Shown here one piece after another: positions 34,801 through 41,865 of a DNA stretch of 54,179 nt. The translations under genes were made by a program, and so were the position numbers. Origin of the DNA: Candidatus Scybalocola fimicaballi (GTDB lineage Bacteria > Bacteroidota > Bacteroidia > Bacteroidales > Paludibacteraceae); assembly GCA_018066165.1 (NCBI GenBank), contig JAGHRX010000099.1:1-54179 (forward strand), in the 5' to 3' direction. Each line of letters starts with the position of its first letter. Positions within the stretch are counted from its first letter, which is position 1. The notes beneath the pieces are model-generated. The model saw only the letters and a program-made list of their open reading frames with translations. It did not search any database and was not told the origin of the DNA.

Positions 34801-34923
34801 CCAGCGCAGAAATGGTTGAAAGACCGTAAGAGTCGCACACTGTCGTTGGATGACATTCGTCATTATCAGAAAATTATCGCGATATTGGATAAGACGGCGG
34901 AGATAATGAAGACGATAGGGTAG
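31843..34923 (+). CDS. Single-polypeptide type IIG-like restriction-modification enzyme (PD-ExK nuclease motif, N6-adenine methylase, type-ISP-like C-terminal specificity domain, no helicase)
   Basis: GAPDYALID..YAYVEAKD (PD...ExK). SAM motif ILDPATGTGTFL precedes the catalytic MMGNPPYS. The C-terminus YIYAVLHSPSYREKYKEFLKIDFPRIP ... GGYQPAQKWLKDRKSRTLS is typical of the type ISP/IIG C-terminal domain. Confidence 0.8.
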   Translation: MINTYAQNVSALFKTGVTTEHSFRGYLQTLLESLLPNYMAVNEPKRSACGAPDYALIDKKNKIPYAYVEAKDLFDNDLRGVNPKIHKEQFDRYKKALSHVCFTDYLEFHFYVDGEAVDSVCLLEPNSKGGFNVVNEDKFISVLQSWADCPMQKITSASRLAEIMAHKAQLLKESTLKTLETEENSEIHDQFATFKQVLINDLTEASFADIYAQTIAYGMFAARLHDKTPEDFSRQEAATLIPTSNPFLRRIFQNIAGFDLDSRVAWIVDDLAKAFAATDMDKVMGRYRQNALHEDPLIHFYEDFLAAYDKNLRKSCGVYYTPQSVVRFIVRAVDNILIRDFDFPDGLADDKQEIYKLKDAIDKEYTKKLHRVQILDPATGTGTFLAETVRQIYKKFEGNEGMWPSYVESGLRPRLNGFELLMAPYTIAHLKLDMLMNGDENAPTSNNRTRIFLTNSLEEHHRDANTLFAAWLSDESRQADSVKRDCPVMVMMGNPPYSVSSHNDGDWIRNLLSHYKKDLNERNIQPLSDDYIKFIRLGQHFIEKNGQGVLGYISNNSYLDGLIHRQMRKTLLDVFDDIYIVNLHGNSKRKETAPDGGKDENVFDIMVGTNIGIFVKRPNKSSKKKNEPATVHYLDLYGARKDKYDELDNLSLPALVETHGRACQEKHASNECPQWKILDCPAPNYFFVPKDFGAQEEYEKGLKIDELFKNFNSGIKTQRDDASIFIDEKSCSDMFLDWQNLSVDELKYKYGFNDVRDWQVALAKNDVLSNKRLSDKITYRPFDNRVCIYTGKTKGIMGYPRYNFMKHMFNSNICLTITRQTSTDWRHCLIIDCIADMCTISARSKEGSYLFPLYLYDEAGGRHLNIKEEMLGGRNAEEFFAYIYAVLHSPSYREKYKEFLKIDFPRIPQPTDEKEYKRLVDLGNELIDLHLMRASLPMASLPKFPKAGSNEVEIPKYVDGCVWINNEQYFSGVSETAWGFYVGGYQPAQKWLKDRKSRTLSLDDIRHYQKIIAILDKTAEIMKTIG

Positions 34924-34947
34924 GGAGAAAAATACATAAACGGCCGA

Positions 34948-35095
34948 TTTTATTTATTGCCAGTAAATAAAATTGGCCGTTTTTGTTTATTGCCAATAAA
35001 TAAAACTCTCTAAACAACTCCGGATAATCTTTTCTCCTCATAGAAACGTCGTAGAGTTTCTATGTGCTCTTTGTGTCTCTGTGGTGATAATACGA
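34948..35095. repeat. Copy A of a ~145-bp repeat flanking the DUF4143 ATPase gene
   Basis: TTTTATTTATTGCCAGTAAATAAAATTGGCCGTTTTTGTTTATTGCCAATAAATAAAACTCTC ... GTCGTAGAGTTTCTATGTGCTCTTTGTGTCTCTGTGGTGATAA. The first ~65 nt are nearly identical to 36417-36480. Confidence 0.85.
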
Positions 35096-35104
35096 GGCTG
35101 CTTT

Positions 35105-36370
35105 TTATCTTAACAACCATTTCCAAATTGGGATGACTTCAATAGTCAAATTTGATTCTTCGATAATCTCCTCTTCATCGTAAGTGATGATTATTGCTCT
35201 TTTCAATGGATATAATTTGTTAAGTGCGATCAATGCAGAAATTTCGCGAACTCTGGTCTCTGTATTCTGAATACTATATGACGCTTGAATGGCAATGGCG
35301 TCATCCGGTATATAGAAATCCACTTCGACATTCTTGTTATAATAGTATAATTGGGGTGCACTTTCTGTCTTGTTGTATTGCTTGTAAAGAGTTATGGCAC
35401 ATAGATTTTCAAGCAGAGAAGTATCCTCGTAGGTTAAAAAGATGGATAGCAACCCGTTGTCTGTGAAATAATGTTTTTTAGTGCTTTCTCTCTCTGCAAA
35501 TTTTGAAGCATAGTTTTCAATAGTGAATATCAGACATGCATCCTTTACATGGTTGATATAATCGATGATGGATGCTGTATTTGTAGATGTTCCCGTACTC
35601 TTAATCATGTTTGCAAGACGATTGTATGAAGTCGGCTGTTTTACATTCTCCGCAAGTCTTTTTATTGCTAAGCGAATTGCATGCTCGTTTTTTATGTTGT
35701 TACGTTGAATTATATCGCCAAGTAGGATTTTCTCATACAAACCATTGAGCCAATGACGCTTGTTCCGATATAACAACAACTCAGGAAACCCTCCCCATTT
35801 GAAATAATCAGAGAAGTAGAGTTGGACACTATTCTTTTGTTTGGAAAATTCCCAATCGTCATCCAGTTTGATATCGTTAGCTATTAAAAATTCCTCAAAT
35901 GAATAAGGAAAAACCTTCTCGTCGAAATATCGTGCACCTAATGTAGTCGCGATATCTCGGCTTAACATTTTCGCGTTGGATCCAGTTATAAAAACCATAT
36001 ATTTTTGGTTTGCTAATCTTCTTGCAAAATGTTCCCAGCCATCAATATTTTGTATTTCATCAAAAAATAAGATTGGCTTATAATTATATGTCGACGAGTA
36101 TGCTTGTAGAATCAGATCAAAATCATCTGATGTCATCCCTAAAAGACGCTCGTCGTCGAAATTTATATAGACAAATTCTTTTATGTTGTGTCCTTTCTCC
36201 AAATAATCTTTGGCACGCTGATATAGCAAATATGATTTTCCCGCTTGTCTGATGCCGACAAGGACGTATCTGCCTTCCTCTTCAAATTCAAAAGGTCGTT
36301 TTACTAATTCTATATTCTCTATATCTTCTTGTCCTTCTTTGATAAGGGTTCTAAAAATATCTTTTTGCAT
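35105..36370 (-). CDS. AAA ATPase of the COG1373 type (ATPase domain plus DUF4143)
   Basis: Walker A GIRQAGKS and Walker B ILFFDEIQ. The size and C-terminal region are typical of the Bacteroidales DUF4143 ATPases. Confidence 0.75.
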   Translation of the reverse strand: MQKDIFRTLIKEGQEDIENIELVKRPFEFEEEGRYVLVGIRQAGKSYLLYQRAKDYLEKGHNIKEFVYINFDDERLLGMTSDDFDLILQAYSSTYNYKPILFFDEIQNIDGWEHFARRLANQKYMVFITGSNAKMLSRDIATTLGARYFDEKVFPYSFEEFLIANDIKLDDDWEFSKQKNSVQLYFSDYFKWGGFPELLLYRNKRHWLNGLYEKILLGDIIQRNNIKNEHAIRLAIKRLAENVKQPTSYNRLANMIKSTGTSTNTASIIDYINHVKDACLIFTIENYASKFAERESTKKHYFTDNGLLSIFLTYEDTSLLENLCAITLYKQYNKTESAPQLYYYNKNVEVDFYIPDDAIAIQASYSIQNTETRVREISALIALNKLYPLKRAIIITYDEEEIIEESNLTIEVIPIWKWLLR

Positions 36371-36405
36371 AGTGCTATTTTGTATAAGTTGTCGTCTATC
36401 TGATG

Positions 36406-36413
36406 CAAAAATA
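36406..36413 (-). promoter_or_regulatory. -7 box TATTTTTG (minus strand) for the DUF4143 ATPase
   Basis: Perfect TAnnTTTG 36 nt upstream of the ATG at 36370. Confidence 0.45.
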
Positions 36414-36416
36414 TAA

Positions 36417-36560
36417 TTTTATTTATTGCCAGTAAATAAAATTGGCTGTTTTTATTTATTGCCAATAAATAAAACTCTCAAATCAACTCATTCCCTCTTA
36501 GAAAAGTCGTAGCCTTTCTCTGTGAACTTTGTGTCTTTGTGGTGATAATTCGAGTTGTCA
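36417..36560. repeat. Copy B of the ~145-bp repeat (upstream of the DUF4143 ATPase)
   Basis: Same order of blocks as 34948-35095. It contains two related palindromes, TTTTATTTA-N7-TAAATAAAA and TTTATTG-C-CAATAAA. Confidence 0.85.
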
Positions 36561-36652
36561 ACACGCTTTTCTTTATACGCTCGTCCTACGGACTCGCGTT
36601 GGATGAGGGGTTAGGGCTACTGCCCTTAACAATCCTCATTTTGGGACAGCAC
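36551..36652 (+). mobile_element. R1 MITE-like element, full-length copy
   Basis: CGAGTTGTCAACACGC ... CGCTCGTCCTACGGACTCGCGTTGGATGAGGGGTTAGGGCTACTGCCCTTAACAATCCTCATTTTGGGACAGC. Confidence 0.65.
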
Positions 36653-36758
36653 TATATAATCTCCCAAAAACTCTCAAATCAACTCTCAAATCAACTCATT
36701 CCCTCTTAGAAAAGTCGTAGCCTTTCTCTGTGAACTTTGTGTCTTTGTGGTGATAATT

Positions 36759-36830
36759 CGAGTTGTCAAACACGCGTTGGAGGAGGGGTTAGGGCTACCG
36801 CCCTTAACAATCCTCATTTTTGGACAGCAA
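36759..36830 (+). mobile_element. R1 MITE-like element, internally deleted copy
   Basis: CGAGTTGTCAAACACGCGTTGGAGGAGGGGTTAGGGCTACCGCCCTTAACAATCCTCATTTTTGGACAGC. It lacks the ~30-nt GCTCG..CTCG box. Confidence 0.6.
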
Positions 36831-36981
36831 CTATATAATCTCCCAAAAACTCTCAAATCAACTCCAAATCAACTCTTTTCCTCATATAAAAGTCGTAGAC
36901 TCTCTCTGTGATCTTTGTGTCTCTGTGGTGATTTATAGCACCGTTTTGATGTTTGTTGAAAAAAACGGAAATGTGAGATTC

Positions 36982-37095
36982 CGTGAGATATGAGGTTAAA
37001 AAGTGCTTATATTTCACGGAATGTGGCAAAAAAATATGAGATTCCGTGAATTATAAGGGTGTTTTTGCTATTTTTGCATAAAAATAAGCGGATAT
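36982..37095. repeat. Upstream copy of a ~112-bp repeat flanking the DUF234 ATPase gene
   Basis: CGTGAGATATGAGGTTAAAAAGTGCTTATATTTCACGGAATGTGGC...ATGAGATTCCGTGAATTATAAGGGTGTTTTTGCTATTTTTGCA...GGATAT. It contains the inverted pair TTCACGGAAT / ATTCCGTGAA. Confidence 0.9.
37069..37076 (+). promoter_or_regulatory. -7 box TATTTTTG for the DUF234 ATPase
   Basis: Perfect TAnnTTTG 18 nt upstream of the ATG at 37094. Confidence 0.45.
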
Positions 37096-38521
37096 GTTAA
37101 TAGGAAGAAATAAAGAGAAACAGACGTTGATGGATCTTGTTAAGAAAGAGGAATCCCAATTTTGCGTTGTATATGGACGTCGCAGAGTGGGAAAAACGTT
37201 TCTTATCAGAGAATCTTTTAATTATAACTTCACATTCCAACATACTGGTGTGGCTAATGGGTCTACCAAACAACAACTTGCTGCTTTTCGTGATTCTTTA
37301 AGGGAATCAGGATTGACTAATTGTCGATTGCCTAAAGATTGGATGGAAGCGTTTGATTTTCTATTTGACCTCATCAAACAGTCGAATGATAGCAAAAAAG
37401 TGATTTTTATTGATGAATTGCCGTGGATGGATACTCCAAGATCAGGATTAGTATCTGCGTTAGAATATTTTTGGAATGCAAGAGCCACCGCACGTATAGA
37501 AAAAGATATATGTCTTATTATTTGTGGTAGTGCTACATCTTGGATCTCAAAAAATATATTTCATAATCACGGTGGATTATACGGAAGAATCACTGAAAAA
37601 ATCTTTTTACAACCGTTTTCACTGCTTGAATGCGAACAGTATGCAAAGGTGAGTGGTCTTGCAATGGAACGTATAGATATTGCCATTGCTTACATGGTGT
37701 TTGGAGGAATCCCATATTATTGGAATTTTTTGGATAGATCTTTAAGTTTGGCTCAAAATATCGACCGTATTTTTTTCGCTTCGGATGCAAAGTTGAATAG
37801 TGAGTTTAATGCATTATATAGCTCTCTTTTCAAGAATCCAGAAACGTATATGGCTGTGGTTACCGCTTTGGGCAAAAAGAAGGTTGGAATGCTTAGAGAA
37901 GAGATTATTGAGTCGGCGCGATTGAGGGATAGTGGCGAACTGACGAAGGTGTTGGATGACTTGGAACTATGTGGTTTCATCCGTCATTATTCGTCATTTG
38001 GGAAAAAGACAAAAGGCACAATTTTTCAGTTAATCGATAATTTTACATTGTTTTACTTCCATTTTATCGAAAAGAATTTTACTCAAGATCCAAATTTTTG
38101 GTCAAATAAGTATTCAACAGCAGAGATGTCGACGTGGATGGGATTAGCATTCGAACGTTTATGCTTGCTCCACATACAACAAATAAAGATGGCTCTTGGT
38201 ATTTCTGGCGTTTCTTCTGAAGTATATTCATGGTCGACAAAAGCGACAAGTGAACACAAGGGATGTCAAATAGATCTTCTAATTAATAGAAGTGACAATG
38301 TGATCAATCTTTGTGAAATGAAATTCTCAATGGGGCAATATAATGTGGGCAAGGATTTGATTGATTCTATGCAGTCGAAAATGGAGATTTTTAAGCAAGA
38401 AACAAAGAGTCGTCATGCCGTACATTTGACTCTCGTTACAACTTATGGAGTGGATAGAGAAGGTCCGTTCTGGGGAAATTTGCAAAGAGTCCTTTGTCTT
38501 GATGATTTGTTTTTGTGCTGA
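37094..38521 (+). CDS. AAA ATPase of the COG1672 type (archaeal-ATPase domain plus DUF234)
   Basis: Walker A VYGRRRVGKT and Walker B VIFIDELPW. The C-terminal region matches DUF234-type ATPases common in Bacteroidales. Confidence 0.75.
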   Translation: MLIGRNKEKQTLMDLVKKEESQFCVVYGRRRVGKTFLIRESFNYNFTFQHTGVANGSTKQQLAAFRDSLRESGLTNCRLPKDWMEAFDFLFDLIKQSNDSKKVIFIDELPWMDTPRSGLVSALEYFWNARATARIEKDICLIICGSATSWISKNIFHNHGGLYGRITEKIFLQPFSLLECEQYAKVSGLAMERIDIAIAYMVFGGIPYYWNFLDRSLSLAQNIDRIFFASDAKLNSEFNALYSSLFKNPETYMAVVTALGKKKVGMLREEIIESARLRDSGELTKVLDDLELCGFIRHYSSFGKKTKGTIFQLIDNFTLFYFHFIEKNFTQDPNFWSNKYSTAEMSTWMGLAFERLCLLHIQQIKMALGISGVSSEVYSWSTKATSEHKGCQIDLLINRSDNVINLCEMKFSMGQYNVGKDLIDSMQSKMEIFKQETKSRHAVHLTLVTTYGVDREGPFWGNLQRVLCLDDLFLC

Positions 38522-38524
38522 AAA

Positions 38525-38636
38525 CGTGAGATATAAGGCTAAAAAGTGCTTATATTTCACGGAATGTGGCAATAATTATGAGATTCCGTGAATTATAAGG
38601 GTGTTTTTGCTATTTTTGTAAAAAATAGATGGATAT
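38525..38636. repeat. Downstream copy of the ~112-bp repeat (orphan promoter copy)
   Basis: Near-identical to 36982-37095, including the -7 box (TATTTTTG at 38611-38618). It ends GGATATAAAA where the upstream copy has GGATATGTTA (the start codon). Confidence 0.9.
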
Positions 38637-38644
38637 AAAACACA

Positions 38645-38672
38645 AAAGGCTGCCTCGTTTGAGACAGCCTTT
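38645..38672. terminator. Bidirectional terminator hairpin marking the right island boundary
   Basis: AAAGGCTG / CAGCCTTT stem with T-rich sequence on both strands. Confidence 0.6.
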
Positions 38673-38693
38673 GTTTTGTTTGTTAAAATCAGA

Positions 38694-39395
38694 TTAGTCT
38701 TTGTTGCAGCTTCCTGAAATGCAGTTGTAAACTACTGCTGAAATTGCAGCTCCAACGAATGGACCTACGATGAAGATCCAAAGCTGTGACAATGCCTCTC
38801 CACCCTGGAATACAGCTGGAGCGATTGAACGAGCTGGGTTAACTGATGTTCCTGTGTAGCGGATACATGCCAAGTGAACCAAAATCAATGATAGTCCGAT
38901 AGCAAGACCTGCAAAGTTTCCTGCTCCCTTCTTTGAATCTGTAGAGAATAGCACTACTGATACAAATACAAATGTGAAGATGATCTCAGCAAGAAGACCA
39001 CCAACTACAGAAACTCCTTCCTGACATGCGTTTGCTCCTGTTCCTGCAAGACCTTCAACGTTTGAAGTCAACGCAAGAAGAAGACCGCTTCCGATGAATG
39101 CTCCGATTGTCTGGAATACCATATACATACCAGCGTCTTTACCTGACATACGCTTTGACATCAAGCAAGCAAGTGTGATTGCTGGGTTGATGTGGCAACC
39201 GCTGATTCCACCGATAGCGTATGCCATCGCTACAACTGCCAAACCGAATGCCATTGATGTACCAATAACTGATGCTGCATTGACTACGCCTAAACCAGCA
39301 CAGTTAGATGAACAACCTAGTGCTACTGCAGCACCACATCCCATGAGAACAAGCACCATTGTGCCTAACATCTCTGCTAAATACTCCTTTTTCAT
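38694..39395 (-). CDS. aqpZ: Aquaporin (MIP family)
   Basis: Two NPA boxes: HINPAITLA and SVNPARS. Confidence 0.9.
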   Translation of the reverse strand: MKKEYLAEMLGTMVLVLMGCGAAVALGCSSNCAGLGVVNAASVIGTSMAFGLAVVAMAYAIGGISGCHINPAITLACLMSKRMSGKDAGMYMVFQTIGAFIGSGLLLALTSNVEGLAGTGANACQEGVSVVGGLLAEIIFTFVFVSVVLFSTDSKKGAGNFAGLAIGLSLILVHLACIRYTGTSVNPARSIAPAVFQGGEALSQLWIFIVGPFVGAAISAVVYNCISGSCNKD

Positions 39396-39415
39396 TTTCC
39401 TTTTGTTTTTATTTA

Positions 39416-40372
39416 TTAAAATTCAGTCTCTAATATTCTCTTCAATACTACCTCTGCAGAGATCTCTCTGTTGGCTGCCTCTGGAATAACCAATGAACGT
39501 GGGCTCTCGATCACGTCGTCTGTAACGATCATGTTACGACGTACTGGCAAACAGTGCATGAAGTGTCCGTTGTTTGTCAACGCCATCTTCTCTGTTGTGA
39601 TTGTCCACGACATATCCTTGCTCAAAATCTGTCCGTAGTTAGGATCCTGGTATGCACTCCAGTTCTTTGCATATACGAAATCAGCTCCGGCAAGCGCCTT
39701 ATCCTGATCATACTCTACCTTTGCTCCTCTTACGAACTGCTCTGCCAACTCGTATCCCTTTGGATGTGTGATTACGAAGTCGACGTCGGCCTCATTCATG
39801 AAATCAGCGAATGAGTTTGGCACAGCCTGTGGAAGGGCTTTTGGATGTGGTGCCCATGTCAACACTACCTTTGGACGCTTAACCTTCTTAAACTCCTCGA
39901 TTGTGATTAGGTCTGCGAATGCCTGTAGTGGGTGGCAAGTGGCTGACTCCATTGAGAAAACTGGTTTGCCAGAGTATTTGATAAACTGGTTGATGATTGT
40001 CTCCTCGTAGTCGAACTGCTTGCTCTCGAAACGCGCGAAGCTTCTTACTCCGATGATGTCGCAGAATGATGCCATCACAGGGATTGCCTCAAGCAAGTGT
40101 TCGCTCTTGTCTCCGTCCATGATGACGCCACGCTCTGTCTCAAGCTTCCAAGCACCCTGGTTTACGTCTAGAACCATTGTGTTCATTCCAAGGTTCATAC
40201 CTGCCTTCTGTGTAGACAAGCGTGTACGCAAACTGTTGTTGAAGAATACCATAAGCAATGTCTTGTTCTTTCCAAGATGCTGGTATCCAAATCTGTTCTT
40301 CTTTACTTCCAATGCCTCCTTAACGGCTGCGTTCAAATCGCCAAGATCCTTGACCCCTGTATAATATCTCAT
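39416..40372 (-). CDS. argF: N-succinylornithine carbamoyltransferase (Bacteroides ArgF'-type)
   Basis: 318 aa. SLRTRLS carbamoyl-phosphate motif and HCLP. Strong resemblance throughout to the B. fragilis ArgF' sequence as I recall it. Confidence 0.8.
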   Translation of the reverse strand: MRYYTGVKDLGDLNAAVKEALEVKKNRFGYQHLGKNKTLLMVFFNNSLRTRLSTQKAGMNLGMNTMVLDVNQGAWKLETERGVIMDGDKSEHLLEAIPVMASFCDIIGVRSFARFESKQFDYEETIINQFIKYSGKPVFSMESATCHPLQAFADLITIEEFKKVKRPKVVLTWAPHPKALPQAVPNSFADFMNEADVDFVITHPKGYELAEQFVRGAKVEYDQDKALAGADFVYAKNWSAYQDPNYGQILSKDMSWTITTEKMALTNNGHFMHCLPVRRNMIVTDDVIESPRSLVIPEAANREISAEVVLKRILETEF

Positions 40373-40467
40373 CTTTTTTTAAATTATAAATGCGAAATGA
40401 GGAATGCAAAATTAATTCGAAATGCGTATTCCTATTTGCATTATTTGTTATTCGTTTTTTTGTTAAT

Positions 40468-40551
40468 GTCGCTCGCCCTACGGGCTCGCGTTGGTGGAGG
40501 GGGTTAAGGGCCCCAAAAATCAGACATGGGCCCTTAACAATCCTCTTTTTT
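40468..40551 (+). repeat. R1-related element with an expanded hairpin
   Basis: GTCGCTCGCCCTACGGGCTCGCGTTGGTGGAGGGGG, then TTAAGGGCCC-N14-GGGCCCTTAA, then CAATCCTC TTTTTT. Confidence 0.6.
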
Positions 40552-40566
40552 ATCCAAGCTCAGCAT

Positions 40567-41820
40567 TTACTTTCTTACCTGTCCGTTGCCTTCGATGATC
40601 CACTTGTAGGTAGTGATCTCCTCAAGTGCCATAGGTCCACGGGCATGAAGCTTCTGAGTGGAGATTCCGATTTCAGCACCAAGGCCAAACTGAGCTCCGT
40701 CTGTGAAGCTTGTTGGGGCATTCTGGTAGACGCAGGCAGCATCCACCATCTTGACGAATTTGGCAAGAGTCTCCTTGTTCTCGCTGATTATTGCTTCTGA
40801 GTGCTTAGACGAATATTTTGAGATGTGGTCGATTGCACAGTTCACACAACCAACAGTCTTGATGGCCATCTTATAGTCCTGGAACTCACAACCGAAATGC
40901 TCTTCTGTGGCTTTCTCAATCAGATGTTTTGGATAGACACCGTCTTTGATAAGCTGGTCGTATGCCTGCTCGTCTGCGTATAGAATCACATTCTTTTCAC
41001 TCATGTCGATACATAGAGCAGTAAGATCTGATAGTCTGCTCTGGTTGATAAGCAGGCAGTCAAGAGCATTACATACGCTCACGCGGCGAGTCTTGCCGTT
41101 GTTGATGATTGCTCTTCCTTTCTCTAAATCTCCGTCCTTGTCGAAATATGTGTGGACCACTCCGGCTCCTGTCTCAATGACATTCACCTTAGCGTTCTCT
41201 CTAACAAACTTGATCAAACCTGCGCTTCCACGTGGGATAAGCAGGTCGACGTAATCGCGTGCGGCAAGCAAATCGGCTGTAGCCTCGCGTCCAGCTGGCA
41301 TCAAAGCCACGATGTCTGGGTTTACGTTGTGCTGCTTCAATACATTGTGGATGATATTGACGATAGCTGAGTTGCTGTCGAATGCGTCTGTTCCTCCCTT
41401 TAGCACACAAGCGTTACCCGACTTCAAGCATAGGCTGAACACGTCGAAAGTTACGTTTGGACGAGCCTCATAGATGATTCCGATCACACCGAATGGCACA
41501 CTCACACGCTTGATCTTCAAACCGTTTGGAAGAGTGTTCTCCTTAGATGATTTGCCAAGTGGCGACGGTAGGGTAGCGACGTTGCGGATGTCTGACGCAA
41601 TTCCGTCGATACGCTCCTTTGTAAGTTTCAACCGGTCGTACATTGGGTTGGCTGGATCCATCTTAGCCAAGTCTTTCTCGTTGGCTGATAGAATCTCAGC
41701 GCAGTTGCTTTCTGCGGCGTCTGCCAAAGCACGAAGGATCTCGTTGATCTTGCTCTCTGATAGAAGGTTCAATTCAGATGATGCCTTCTGTACCTTTTTG
41801 AAAATATCTATATTGCTCAT
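40567..41820 (-). CDS. proA: Glutamate-5-semialdehyde dehydrogenase
   Basis: 417 aa aldehyde dehydrogenase fold. [10 protein letters not shown] catalytic Cys region and the typical C-terminus LTTYKWII.GNGQVR. Confidence 0.9.
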   Translation of the reverse strand: MSNIDIFKKVQKASSELNLLSESKINEILRALADAAESNCAEILSANEKDLAKMDPANPMYDRLKLTKERIDGIASDIRNVATLPSPLGKSSKENTLPNGLKIKRVSVPFGVIGIIYEARPNVTFDVFSLCLKSGNACVLKGGTDAFDSNSAIVNIIHNVLKQHNVNPDIVALMPAGREATADLLAARDYVDLLIPRGSAGLIKFVRENAKVNVIETGAGVVHTYFDKDGDLEKGRAIINNGKTRRVSVCNALDCLLINQSRLSDLTALCIDMSEKNVILYADEQAYDQLIKDGVYPKHLIEKATEEHFGCEFQDYKMAIKTVGCVNCAIDHISKYSSKHSEAIISENKETLAKFVKMVDAACVYQNAPTSFTDGAQFGLGAEIGISTQKLHARGPMALEEITTYKWIIEGNGQVRK

Positions 41821-41865
41821 AATTCTTATCTATATGCTGTTAGATGTTATATCACATCTAACATT

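Noticed and set aside
36417-36940. The regularly spaced repeats between the two ATPase genes could be mistaken for a CRISPR array.
   Set aside because: The units are about 180-206 bp. The sequences between the boxes are themselves repeated (R1 copies) rather than unique spacers. No cas genes are present.
28676-38644. The island might be a prophage, ICE or integrative element.
   Set aside because: I could identify no integrase, transposase, relaxase, capsid, tail or tRNA attachment site in the window. I describe it only as an accessory or defence-type island.
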